Positions 9,022-18,013 of a stretch of DNA of 64,000 nt are shown here, piece by piece. The position numbers and the translations under genes are program-made. Origin of the DNA: an uncultured archaeon (GTDB lineage: Archaea; Nanobdellota; Nanobdellia; Pacearchaeales; GW2011-AR1); the NCBI GenBank assembly GCA_963845205.1, contig CAWJRC010000002.1, positions 152,825 to 216,824 of the forward strand, given 5' to 3'. Every line of letters begins with the position of its first letter. Positions within the stretch are counted from its first letter, which is position 1. The notes under the pieces are model-generated. The model was not told the origin of the DNA and made no database searches. It saw nothing but the letters and a program-made list of their open reading frames with translations.

Positions 9022-10305
9022 TTATGGGGTAAGTCTATCTCTATCTCGGGGAAACATTGTTGCTTCTTTTATGTTATCTAATCCGCAAATTATTTGCGTT
9101 ATTCTTTCAAGTCCGATGGCCCAACCTGCATGAGGCGGAGCACCATATCTAAATGAATCAATATAAGATGCAAAATTTTTTGGATTTAATCCTTTTGCCT
9201 TTATCCTTTCAGTTAATAATTCAGGAAGATGGATACGCTGTCCTCCAGAACTTATTTCAACACCCCCATAGAGTGCGTCAAAACCGCAGCTTTCTTTTGC
9301 TTTGGGGTTTGCATCCTTTGGCATAATATAAAACGGCTTGATTGAAGCAGGCCATGAATATGTGAAAATAATGTCTCCAGGGTACATCTCGCAAAGTTTC
9401 TTTTCCTGCTCTGGAGTAAAGTCCTCTCCAATTTTTCCATCAGCTTTTTTTATTGCTTCTTCATAACTTAAATAGATTCCTTTAGGAACTTTCAGATGTT
9501 TAATCCCCAGAACTTCAAGTTCGGTTTTACATTTTTCCAAGACTCTTCCAACAACATATTTAACTGCTTCTTCAAGTTCTTTCATTATTGTTTCTTGATT
9601 TTGAAATGCAGCTTCAATATCAATCATTCTTATCTCATTGATGTGTCTGGTTGTATTGTGTTTCTCTGCTCTCCAGCTTGGTCCTAGCATAAATGCTTTT
9701 TCCATTGAGCATGCAAGCATTTGTTTGTATAATTGAGGTGATTGCGCAAGATAAGCTTTTTTTTCGAAATACTGAACAGGAAATAATTCTGTTCCTCCTT
9801 CAGATGCGGAACTTATTATTCCTGGAGATTGTAGTTCCAAGTATCCTTTATTGTAAAAATGTTCCCTAAAAGAGTGAGCAATTTCATTTTGAATTTTAAA
9901 AATCGCCTGAACTCTTGTGCTGTGAAAATCTAAAAATCTGTAGTCGAGTCTTTTTGGAAGTTCTGTTTTTGAAAAATTTGAAATATCAATCGGCAGAGAT
10001 TCTTCTGCTTCATTTAAGATTTCAAGTTTTGAAGGAATAATCTCTTTACCCCCTGGTGCCTGTTTGGAGTCCTTAATCTCTCCAGTAATTAAAATAACGG
10101 ATTCTCGGGGAATTTTATCCATAACGTCAAATACTTTTTTATCAACACTCTTTTCAGGGGCAGTTATCTGAATTTCTCCAGAGATATCCCTTAAAACAAG
10201 AAATTTTATTTTTCCTAATGCACGGGAATTCTTTACCCATCCCGCAATTTCTGCATTTTTGCTTTTTGAATTAAAAACTTCCGAGATATAAACCCTTTTG
10301 TTCAT
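9022..10305 (-). CDS. aspS: Aspartyl-tRNA synthetase, archaeal type (probably non-discriminating)
   Basis: Class II motifs FRAEKHNTTRHINE, GGQRIH and YGAPPHAGWAIGLERI, with an N-terminal OB anticodon-binding domain. Confidence 0.93.
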   Translation of the reverse strand: MNKRVYISEVFNSKSKNAEIAGWVKNSRALGKIKFLVLRDISGEIQITAPEKSVDKKVFDVMDKIPRESVILITGEIKDSKQAPGGKEIIPSKLEILNEAEESLPIDISNFSKTELPKRLDYRFLDFHSTRVQAIFKIQNEIAHSFREHFYNKGYLELQSPGIISSASEGGTELFPVQYFEKKAYLAQSPQLYKQMLACSMEKAFMLGPSWRAEKHNTTRHINEIRMIDIEAAFQNQETIMKELEEAVKYVVGRVLEKCKTELEVLGIKHLKVPKGIYLSYEEAIKKADGKIGEDFTPEQEKKLCEMYPGDIIFTYSWPASIKPFYIMPKDANPKAKESCGFDALYGGVEISSGGQRIHLPELLTERIKAKGLNPKNFASYIDSFRYGAPPHAGWAIGLERITQIICGLDNIKEATMFPRDRDRLTP

Positions 10306-10376
10306 GTTAATTTCAGAGAAAAAGGATTTATTAGTTTTGTGGTAAGAATTATAAATATTCTTTTGTTAAATAGATA

Positions 10377-10958
10377 ATGAGAGAAAAATCAATTTCGAAC
10401 ATTATTATCTCGGAAATTGTTGGATTCATAATTTTTGTTATTCTGCTCACGATAGCATTTGTTCTTATGGATTATATTAAAAATCCGGTTTATATTGAAA
10501 CAGTGACCTTTTTTCTTAATAATCTTGGATTAGCAATAACAATCTTAGTCATTACTATAATCACAAAAATTTTCTGGAAATTCAATTTTCCCTTTAATGT
10601 TCCAGCACCAATTTTTGGGGCTGTGTTGGGAATTTACATCACAACTTATGCATATAACTTATGGGAATTAATGGAATCACTTATGAATACCGGAATTTCT
10701 ATCCCGATAAATCTTATTTATGCAATAGTTTTTTGGATAGTAATTTTAACTGGATACATTAATATATTCTCGATGAAGAAAAGGAAAGAGATTCAAAAAA
10801 AATTAGAAATAAAATTAAAGAAAAAAGACTGGGTTGAATGGAAAGATGTTGAAAATGAATTTAGGCTTTTCTTATTCAATATAGGTGAGGCAATGAACGA
10901 CTGTTTTGAAAAAGATGAACCTAAAAAAAGAACTACAAAAAAACGAAGAAAAAAATAA
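10377..10958 (+). CDS. Polytopic membrane protein with a Lys/Arg-rich tail
   Basis: Four or five hydrophobic segments. ttataaat box 28 nt upstream. Confidence 0.5.
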   Translation: MREKSISNIIISEIVGFIIFVILLTIAFVLMDYIKNPVYIETVTFFLNNLGLAITILVITIITKIFWKFNFPFNVPAPIFGAVLGIYITTYAYNLWELMESLMNTGISIPINLIYAIVFWIVILTGYINIFSMKKRKEIQKKLEIKLKKKDWVEWKDVENEFRLFLFNIGEAMNDCFEKDEPKKRTTKKRRKK

Positions 10959-10960
10959 AT

Positions 10961-12406
10961 TTATTTTATTACTAACTTCTTTATTATCTCCATCGCTTCT
11001 ACGCCAGAAATTTTTCCTTTCATCTCTTTCATTACTAAACCCATATAGGCATTTTCTGAAAGTCCGGGTTTATTCCTAATAATTTTCATAACTTCTTCTT
11101 CAATGTTCCCTTCTTGTTTTTTGAATTCAGTTGCTTCTTTAATTTCCTTTCCCTGAACGATCCTTTCCATAACTTGTTTAATGTGCTCTTTTGAAAGTTT
11201 TCCATTACTAACATACTCTGCAATAAAGTTTAAAATTTCTCTATTAAGAATTTTCTGAACTTCTTCAGCAGGTTTTTTTTCATGAGCTGCGATTTCCTTA
11301 GGAAAAATTAGCAACATTTTAGCAGCCAAAATAGGTTCATTGAGTATATTCATCAATTCTTTAAATTCCTCAATCTTATTCTGCTTAAACAAAAGTTTTA
11401 TCATTTCTTCATTCAGTCCAACTTTCTCCAGATCTTTTTCAATCTCTTCTCTGAGTTCAGGAAGATTTTTCTTTACTATGTTAGTTAGATCTCTTGAAAT
11501 TTTCAGCAAAGGCAAATCAGTTTCAGGATACATTCTTGCTGCTCCCGGCATTGGTCGAAGAAATTCAGTGCTTCCATCAGGCAGAGCGTTTCTTACTTCC
11601 CCCTTAATCCTTTTTCCCGAATTTAAAATAAATTGTTGCCTCTCAATTTCAGAATTAATTGTTTTGATCATCATGTCCGGATCCTGAAACCCCTTGATTT
11701 CAATTCTTTCACCATTTTTTATTGAAAGATTTATATCCTGCCTTATTGTTCCGATTCCTCTTTTAACCTTACAGCTTCTCAAAATTTTTCCTAAGTATAA
11801 TGCAACTTCTTTAACTTGTTCAGGAGTTTGCATATCAGGAGAAGTTGCGATTTCAATTAGGGGGATTCCAAGCCTATCAAGTCTGTAAATAGTTGAATCT
11901 TTTTTCTTTTCAATTATTCTTGCAGCATCTTCTTCAAGGCAAATACTCTGAATTCCGACCCTGCCTGTTTTTGTAATCAACCATCCATCATGAGCAATTA
12001 GAACAGTTCTCTGAAATCCAGAAGTATTGCTTCCATCAATAACTGTTTTTCTCATAATCTGACTAATTGGAAGAATCTTAGCGTTAAGAAAAATAGCAAT
12101 CTGAAGTGCAATCTCTAAAGCATCCTGATTAATTTCGTAAGGAGGCATTTCGTCTAATTCAACCAAGCATGTTGTGTCATATCCTTCATAAAAAAAATCT
12201 TTTTCCTTCTCAGCTTCGTGTTTTGCAGCTATATCAATCTTGCCCGATTCCCCTGCAACAATATGCAGCTTTCTTTTTATTGTAAAATCAGGTTCATCCT
12301 GTCTTAAAACTGAAGGGCAGTTGCAGAATAATTTTTTTGTATCAAGCTGCTGGTGAATTTCAAGCCCTGATTTAAACCCTACCTTGTTATAATCCATTTT
12401 TTCCAT
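10961..12406 (-). CDS. gatE: Glu-tRNA(Gln) amidotransferase subunit E (compact form)
   Basis: GFKSGLEIHQQLDTKKLFCNCPS, RQDINLSI..IEIKGFQ and RPMPGAARMYPETD motifs, plus a YqeY-like tail. ATG 12406 (MEKMDYNK) is 29 nt from tttaataa; the track ORF starts at 12424. Confidence 0.85.
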   Translation of the reverse strand: MEKMDYNKVGFKSGLEIHQQLDTKKLFCNCPSVLRQDEPDFTIKRKLHIVAGESGKIDIAAKHEAEKEKDFFYEGYDTTCLVELDEMPPYEINQDALEIALQIAIFLNAKILPISQIMRKTVIDGSNTSGFQRTVLIAHDGWLITKTGRVGIQSICLEEDAARIIEKKKDSTIYRLDRLGIPLIEIATSPDMQTPEQVKEVALYLGKILRSCKVKRGIGTIRQDINLSIKNGERIEIKGFQDPDMMIKTINSEIERQQFILNSGKRIKGEVRNALPDGSTEFLRPMPGAARMYPETDLPLLKISRDLTNIVKKNLPELREEIEKDLEKVGLNEEMIKLLFKQNKIEEFKELMNILNEPILAAKMLLIFPKEIAAHEKKPAEEVQKILNREILNFIAEYVSNGKLSKEHIKQVMERIVQGKEIKEATEFKKQEGNIEEEVMKIIRNKPGLSENAYMGLVMKEMKGKISGVEAMEIIKKLVIK

Positions 12407-12437
12407 ACAAATAAAAACAAGCAAGGATTATTAAATA

Positions 12438-12779
12438 TTATGACTGAAAATTCTTCAAAGAACAATTAATTTTCCTATCAAGAGACTGAATTCTGGGCTC
12501 TCCGTCAGAACCTGGAGAGACCAAACAATAAACATTTCCATTCCCAAAAAAGTTCTTATACTTATTAATTTGAGAATTTGCTTTTTTAGAATTTAATGAA
12601 GCTGGACTTGATTTTAATTCCATATAAATTTTCAAATCCCCTTTTTCAGCAAATATATCCACTGCACCTTTTCCAAGAGGAAGAAATTTTTCTGTTTCAA
12701 CTAAAAAATCTCTCTTCAAAAATTCTTTTTTAACTACATTAACTAAATCTGTATGCTTTTTATCCATTTTATATCTCAA
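12438..12779 (-). CDS. PD-(D/E)xK nuclease-fold protein (possible Hjc-like resolvase)
   Basis: GAVDIFAEKGDLKIYMELKS matches D...ExK spacing. About 113 aa. Confidence 0.4.
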   Translation of the reverse strand: MRYKMDKKHTDLVNVVKKEFLKRDFLVETEKFLPLGKGAVDIFAEKGDLKIYMELKSSPASLNSKKANSQINKYKNFFGNGNVYCLVSPGSDGEPRIQSLDRKINCSLKNFQS

Positions 12780-13422
12780 AGCTCATAAAAATTTTCTTAT
12801 TTTTGCCAGGAATTAATTTTAATCTTGGACTTTTAGAAGGGTCATAATCAAATGCTCCGATTTTTGGGGAATAACCATCACAGAGGACAACTTTTCTCGC
12901 AAAACCATCATTTGAAGAATTAAGCCAAAATCCTGCTCTTGAATCGTAAGCAAGAATAAGCTCTAAATCGCATCCAGTAACGTTTTGGCTTCCATGGTCC
13001 CCACAGATTTCTAAAGCAATATCTTTCCCTTTGAAATTAAATTTGTTTTTTGAATTATCCCCTCTTCTGTAAATAAGACAATTTTCTTTTGCTAAACTTT
13101 CTTCCCCATTATCTTTTTCTTTGTGAAAAACTCCAAATAATTCCCCCCTATAAAATAGGGGAGATTCACAAACTATCTCAAAATCATTGATTGGATATGT
13201 TATAGAACCAGGAGCTATTAAGGATTTTGATTTTGAGGATAATAATCTCAATTCTTCATAAACTTCTTCTTTGTATTTTCTATTACTTAATTTTCCCGAA
13301 TTTAAAGATGCGTCTGGACCTATAATAATAGAAGGGTTATCCTTTAAAGCTTCAACTAATTTTGACATAAAAGAATCAAAATCTTCTTCATTTATCTTAT
13401 GATAGATAGCATTAATTTTCAT
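12769..13422 (-). CDS. Carbon-nitrogen hydrolase (nitrilase superfamily)-like protein, Glu-to-Asp variant
   Basis: The layout mirrors the CN-hydrolase E-K-C triad order and spacing: MKINAIYH..SIIIGPD (Asp37 in the PE position), VFHKEKD (Lys101), IALEICGDHG (Cys140). Own tttaaata box 29 nt upstream. Confidence 0.45.
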   Translation of the reverse strand: MKINAIYHKINEEDFDSFMSKLVEALKDNPSIIIGPDASLNSGKLSNRKYKEEVYEELRLLSSKSKSLIAPGSITYPINDFEIVCESPLFYRGELFGVFHKEKDNGEESLAKENCLIYRRGDNSKNKFNFKGKDIALEICGDHGSQNVTGCDLELILAYDSRAGFWLNSSNDGFARKVVLCDGYSPKIGAFDYDPSKSPRLKLIPGKNKKIFMSFEI

Positions 13423-13491
13423 AAAAAAATGAATTTTTTAGTATATTTAAATTCTTCTATTTGTAACTCCTAATTAGTTATAACATTAGAA

Positions 13492-13917
13492 TTAGTCTAT
13501 TTTTACAATATCCCCTAATTTGTCCATTTCAATAAGGTTGCTAGTTTCATTCTTTAAATATTCCTGACATTGATTTTGCGGGAGATTATCTTCTGTGGTT
13601 CTTGGAACGTGAACTATATCAATTGAATAGTTTCCACATGCCCCAATGCACTGGGATGAAAAATTAATTCCTTGATTTCTTATTTGAATATATAGTTCCA
13701 TGCTACATAAAATCACTTGTTCCTGTTTTAACACTTCTTCAGGAGTTGTAGTCGGATTTCCATGTTTAATCCATACTCCCCTATTATCTTTGACCCATGC
13801 GTTTTCATTAATCCCAACAAAGAAGTAAATAAGAGATATTATCAAAATTAAAAAAATGAAAATTCCAACTGAGATAATCCAGCATTTTTTTGTTTTATAT
13901 TTTTTCTTCATATTCAA
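13492..13917 (-). CDS. Membrane-anchored extracytoplasmic Cys-containing protein
   Basis: Basic N-terminus plus one TM segment (WIISVGIFIFLILIISLIYFFVG), then a soluble domain with 5 Cys. Overlaps the gatD 3' end by 23 nt. Confidence 0.5.
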   Translation of the reverse strand: MNMKKKYKTKKCWIISVGIFIFLILIISLIYFFVGINENAWVKDNRGVWIKHGNPTTTPEEVLKQEQVILCSMELYIQIRNQGINFSSQCIGACGNYSIDIVHVPRTTEDNLPQNQCQEYLKNETSNLIEMDKLGDIVKID

Positions 13918-15193
13918 TTCTGTTATTTAGCTCCCCTGCAAAATTTTCAAGCATTTTTTCTTTGATTACTTTTTTGTTTTTATTCCATTCATTATGTCCT
14001 AAAACCCAGCCAAGTTTTACTAGAGCAGTTTCAGCTAACATATCATTAAGATAAATAACCCCCGTATCCAAAATTTCTCTTCCATTGCTATAAACTAATG
14101 GATCAACTCTTCCATAGATACATTGGCTTGTCGCACATATAATAATTCCCTTTTTTTGAACTTCTTTCAATTTTGTTGTCCATGGATTTCTCGCCCTTTT
14201 AGTAGGCGCATGCCCAAGTCCTGAAAGTTCCAAAACAATTCCTTTATATTTATTTTTGACATAATAATCAAGAATATCTGCATTCTGTCCAGGATAAATC
14301 TTAATCAAAGCAACTTTATCTTCAAATTTAGAATCAAGTTTTGCTTTATTTTTATTTCTTAATTTATGTTCAGATATTATTTCAATTTTCTCCGGAAAAA
14401 TTTTTGCGAATGGCTTTGAATTGACAACTTTAAATGCATCTCTCCTTGAAGAATGTAATTTTCTAACTTTTGTTCCGGGCATTGCGTAGCAATAGTCATC
14501 ATTTGAAGATGCATGCCCTACGAGCATGACTTCTGAAATGTCTGAAATAGCAGCTAATGCTGCGCACTGCAAATTAAGATTAGCATCTGAAGATGCTCTG
14601 TCAATGCTTCGCTGACTATAAGTCAATACAACAGGTTTGTTTAAATTTTGAATAAAAAAGCTTAAGGCAGCAGAGGTATAATGCAGGAAATCAGTTCCAT
14701 GAGTTATTATAATTCCTTGAATATTTCCATCATTGAGAAGTTCAACTGCTGTCTTCGCGATTTTCTGCCAGTCTTTGAAGTCCATGTCTTCACTTGCTTT
14801 CATGAAAGGAATTTCGACCTTGGAGATATTTACCTTTTCAAAAATTTCAGGATAAAATTTGAATAAATCTTCGGGGGAAGTAAGCCAGTCAACACCCCCC
14901 TTCCTCGGATTCAATCTAGCAGCAATAGTCCCCCCTGTAATTATAACTGCAACATTCTTTTTTTCAGAATTCTTTTTTATGTCTAGTTTTTCTTTTTCTT
15001 CCTTTTCTCCTTTTTTTAAAACTTCAATTTTAAGAATATCTTTTCGGTTAAATCCAATGTCATATCCCGAATCAAGTTTCAGAAGAACAATCCCCTTTTC
15101 AGTTTCAGGTGTTTCAAGCAAAATACCTTCATAAATTAATTTTGTAAGATGGACTTCAACGTAATCTCCAGGGACTGCAGATGTTTTTTCCAT
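13895..15193 (-). CDS. gatD: Glu-tRNA(Gln) amidotransferase subunit D
   Basis: Asparaginase-like motifs ITGGTIAA and IIITHGTD, with an N-terminal GatD-specific domain. Confidence 0.9.
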   Translation of the reverse strand: MEKTSAVPGDYVEVHLTKLIYEGILLETPETEKGIVLLKLDSGYDIGFNRKDILKIEVLKKGEKEEKEKLDIKKNSEKKNVAVIITGGTIAARLNPRKGGVDWLTSPEDLFKFYPEIFEKVNISKVEIPFMKASEDMDFKDWQKIAKTAVELLNDGNIQGIIITHGTDFLHYTSAALSFFIQNLNKPVVLTYSQRSIDRASSDANLNLQCAALAAISDISEVMLVGHASSNDDYCYAMPGTKVRKLHSSRRDAFKVVNSKPFAKIFPEKIEIISEHKLRNKNKAKLDSKFEDKVALIKIYPGQNADILDYYVKNKYKGIVLELSGLGHAPTKRARNPWTTKLKEVQKKGIIICATSQCIYGRVDPLVYSNGREILDTGVIYLNDMLAETALVKLGWVLGHNEWNKNKKVIKEKMLENFAGELNNRIEYEEKI

Positions 15194-15227
15194 AAGATAA
15201 GTAATTAGAATAGATATAAAAGATTTG

Positions 15228-15563
15228 TTATTTCTTTATAAGAAACTTTTCTAGTTTATGGTAGTGAATTTGCTTAGCCTTTTTTATGTCTTCTGGAATC
15301 TCTTTACCCTCTTTTTTATATTCTTGGACTTTTTCCCAATTTTTTATATCTTCCTGAACTTCTTTTGCAGTTCTATATTCAAGTTTAACATTAATCTCAT
15401 TTTGAGGAAGCATTTTTTCTAATTCCTCTGCTGCTTCTTCTAAACATCTTCCTTGATGATGGTATCCAAAGATCTGTCCATTTTTAGAAATATATCCTCC
15501 TTCATTAGTAATATTTGTCCCGCAACTCTGACAGTAAACTCTTTTTTTTGTAAAAAATATCAT
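15228..15563 (-). CDS. Hypothetical zinc-ribbon-like protein
   Basis: CQSCG...HHQGRC. ATG 15563 (MIFFTKK) is 29 nt from a tttaaaaa box; the track ORF extends to 15575. Confidence 0.4.
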   Translation of the reverse strand: MIFFTKKRVYCQSCGTNITNEGGYISKNGQIFGYHHQGRCLEEAAEELEKMLPQNEINVKLEYRTAKEVQEDIKNWEKVQEYKKEGKEIPEDIKKAKQIHYHKLEKFLIKK

Positions 15564-15637
15564 AAAGAGATACAATAAAAATTCTTTTTAAAGTTTTATA
15601 TACAAAAATTAATAAATTAACATACTCTTTTTCTTTT

Positions 15638-17002
15638 ATGCCAAAAATTGGATTAGAAGTTCATGGATATATCAGTACAGAAAAAAAACTTTTTTGCAGA
15701 TGTAAAACAGTTCATGGACTAAAAGTAGCAAAGCCTAATACCAATATCTGCCCCGTTTGCACTGCACAGCCAGGATCAAAGCCAATGCTTCCAAATAAAG
15801 ATGCAATTGAAAAAGCAATTCAGATTTCTTTAATTTTAAATTGCAAGATAAATTCTAAATTAATATGGCAAAGAAAACATTATGACTGGCCTGACTTGCC
15901 GAAAGGGTATCAAAATACACTTTCAGGTCCCTATGCGTTTCCGGTTGGTGAAAAAGGAGATTTTTTAGGGATAAAAATAAGGGAGGCGCATCTTGAAGAG
16001 GATCCTGCTGCATGGAATCCCAAAACAGGAGAAATAGACTACAATCGTTCTGGATTACCCCTAATAGAAATTGTTACAGAACCAGATTTTTCATCTTCTC
16101 AGGAAGTTGTGGACTGGTTAAAACAGTTGATAACAGCACTGAGTTACATAAAAGCTATCGACAAAAATGCAGGAATAAAATCAGATGTAAATGTCTCTCT
16201 TCCGGAATTAAAGGGAGTAAGAGTTGAGATTAAAAATGTTAATTCACTTAAAAATATCAAAACTGCAATTGAATCTGAAACTGCAAGACAAAAATTAGAA
16301 GGTGTTGCAAAAAAACAGGAAACAAGAAGATTTGATGAAGCAAAAGGTACAACCTTAAAGATGAGGGAAAAAGAACAGGCAGAAGATTACAGATTTATTT
16401 CAGACCCAGACTTGCCTGTAATGAATATTGAAAAATCAAGAGTTGAAAAAATAAAATCTGCTTTGCCTGAAACTCCTCAGATCAAACTGCAAAAACTCAT
16501 AAAAAAATATAAGATAGAAAAAAAATACGCAGAGATCTTGACAAAAAAAATTGAGATTGAAGAATTTTTTGAAAAGATAATAGAAAAAACAGATTCTAAA
16601 CTTGCTTCGCAGTGGGTTACAACTGAACTACTCAGCGTTTTAAATTATAATAAAAAGGATCTTGAAGATGTTGATATTAAACCCGAACATTTTATTGAGC
16701 TTCTTAAACTTATAGAAAATAGGAAAATTACCGAGCTAAAAGCTAAAGATATTTTAAGAAGTTGGAAAGAAAAATCTTTTTCTCCTGAAAGCGAAGCAAA
16801 AAAAAGCTCACAGATTTCTGATACATTAGAAATTGAAAAGATTGCTAAAGAAATTATTAAAGAAAATTCTAAAGCAGTTGAAGATTATAAAAAGGGGAAA
16901 TTAGAATCCTTGAATTTTCTTATTGGAACAGTTATGCAAAAAACAAATAAGCGTGCAGATTTCAAAACAGCTAAGGAAGTTTTAGTTAAATTGATGAAAT
17001 GA
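15638..17002 (+). CDS. gatB: Asp-tRNA(Asn)/Glu-tRNA(Gln) amidotransferase subunit B
   Basis: IGLEVHGYISTEKKLFCRC, NTNICPVCTAQPGSKP and LEEDPA motifs, plus a C-terminal YqeY-like domain. Confidence 0.92.
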   Translation: MPKIGLEVHGYISTEKKLFCRCKTVHGLKVAKPNTNICPVCTAQPGSKPMLPNKDAIEKAIQISLILNCKINSKLIWQRKHYDWPDLPKGYQNTLSGPYAFPVGEKGDFLGIKIREAHLEEDPAAWNPKTGEIDYNRSGLPLIEIVTEPDFSSSQEVVDWLKQLITALSYIKAIDKNAGIKSDVNVSLPELKGVRVEIKNVNSLKNIKTAIESETARQKLEGVAKKQETRRFDEAKGTTLKMREKEQAEDYRFISDPDLPVMNIEKSRVEKIKSALPETPQIKLQKLIKKYKIEKKYAEILTKKIEIEEFFEKIIEKTDSKLASQWVTTELLSVLNYNKKDLEDVDIKPEHFIELLKLIENRKITELKAKDILRSWKEKSFSPESEAKKSSQISDTLEIEKIAKEIIKENSKAVEDYKKGKLESLNFLIGTVMQKTNKRADFKTAKEVLVKLMK

Positions 17003-17071
17003 GCCCGCGAGGATTCGAACCCCGATTAACCGGTCCGAAGCCGGTTGTGCTATCCGTTGCACCACGAGCTC
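17000..17071 (-). tRNA. tRNA-Arg (anticodon TCG)
   Basis: 72-nt cloverleaf on the minus strand: acceptor GAGCTCG/CGGGCTC, anticodon arm ACCGG-CTTCGGA-CCGGT, T loop TTCGAAT. Its 3' end overlaps the gatB stop codon by 3 nt. Confidence 0.85.
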
Positions 17072-17130
17072 TATAAATTAACATAAGCAAACAAAGTTAA
17101 GTTTTTATATATTGTTTGTTTTATAAGAAA

Positions 17131-17994
17131 ATGCCGCTGAAAACACATCACAAGATTATTATTGGAGGAGTTACCTTTCTGTTAATCCTTGTTATAATAG
17201 CAAATAGTATTTTTATGTATTGGGTTTATACTAAAGAGACAATGGATTATGAGGGGTTAACAAGTCAATTAAATCTATTTCAAAATGATACACAGATGAA
17301 AATTAGTAGTTTATCCGCCAGCCTCCTTAACACCCGAAATGGATTAAGTTCTCTTGGTTTGCAGGTAGGTTCAATAAACCAGAATATAACTCAACTTAAA
17401 GCATCAGTAAGTTCAGATTTCTCTGGGATAGTTGAAAATGCGATAAAATCTGTCGTTACAATACAAACTGATGTAGCACAAGGTTCTGGATTTTTCATTG
17501 CTAATGGGGGATATGTTGTCACAAATGCTCATGTGATGCAGGGTGCAACAGAAGCAGAAGTAATAACTTATGACGGAAAACAGCATTCAGTTTCAGAAAT
17601 TGGCGAAGATACAAATATGGATATAATCTTATTGCAGATAAATGATACGGGTTATACTCCTCTAACTTTAGGTGATTCAGATAATGTTCAAATTGGAGAA
17701 AAAGTCATTGCTATCGGAAATCCTCTCGGTCTGCAGTTCTCTGTTTCAGAAGGAATTGTTTCTGCGATTAACAGACCAGGGGAAAATGGATTAAATGTCT
17801 ATATACAAACAGATGCATCATTAAATCCAGGAAATTCTGGTGGTCCGTTATTAGATGTTAATGGGAATGTAATTGGAATAAATAATTTTAAAATTAATGG
17901 GAGTGAGAATATAGGGTTTGCTTTGGAATCAAATTCTATAAAAAGTACAATAAACAGCATTTATTCACAGGAATACCAAAAGGATTTAATATAA
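17131..17994 (+). CDS. Trypsin-like serine protease (S1C/HtrA-like, no PDZ), membrane-anchored
   Basis: Catalytic triad contexts TNAHV, DIILLQI and GNSGGPLL. N-terminal TM segment. ATG 17131 is 29 nt from tttttata. Confidence 0.85.
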   Translation: MPLKTHHKIIIGGVTFLLILVIIANSIFMYWVYTKETMDYEGLTSQLNLFQNDTQMKISSLSASLLNTRNGLSSLGLQVGSINQNITQLKASVSSDFSGIVENAIKSVVTIQTDVAQGSGFFIANGGYVVTNAHVMQGATEAEVITYDGKQHSVSEIGEDTNMDIILLQINDTGYTPLTLGDSDNVQIGEKVIAIGNPLGLQFSVSEGIVSAINRPGENGLNVYIQTDASLNPGNSGGPLLDVNGNVIGINNFKINGSENIGFALESNSIKSTINSIYSQEYQKDLI

Positions 17995-18013
17995 CAAATT
18001 CTGGAGAGAACAA

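Noticed and set aside
17000-17002. Overlap of the gatB stop codon with the 3' end of the convergent tRNA-Arg.
   Set aside because: The 3-nt overlap involves only the discriminator and first acceptor bases. This is compatible with extreme genome compaction, and there is no evidence of functional coupling.
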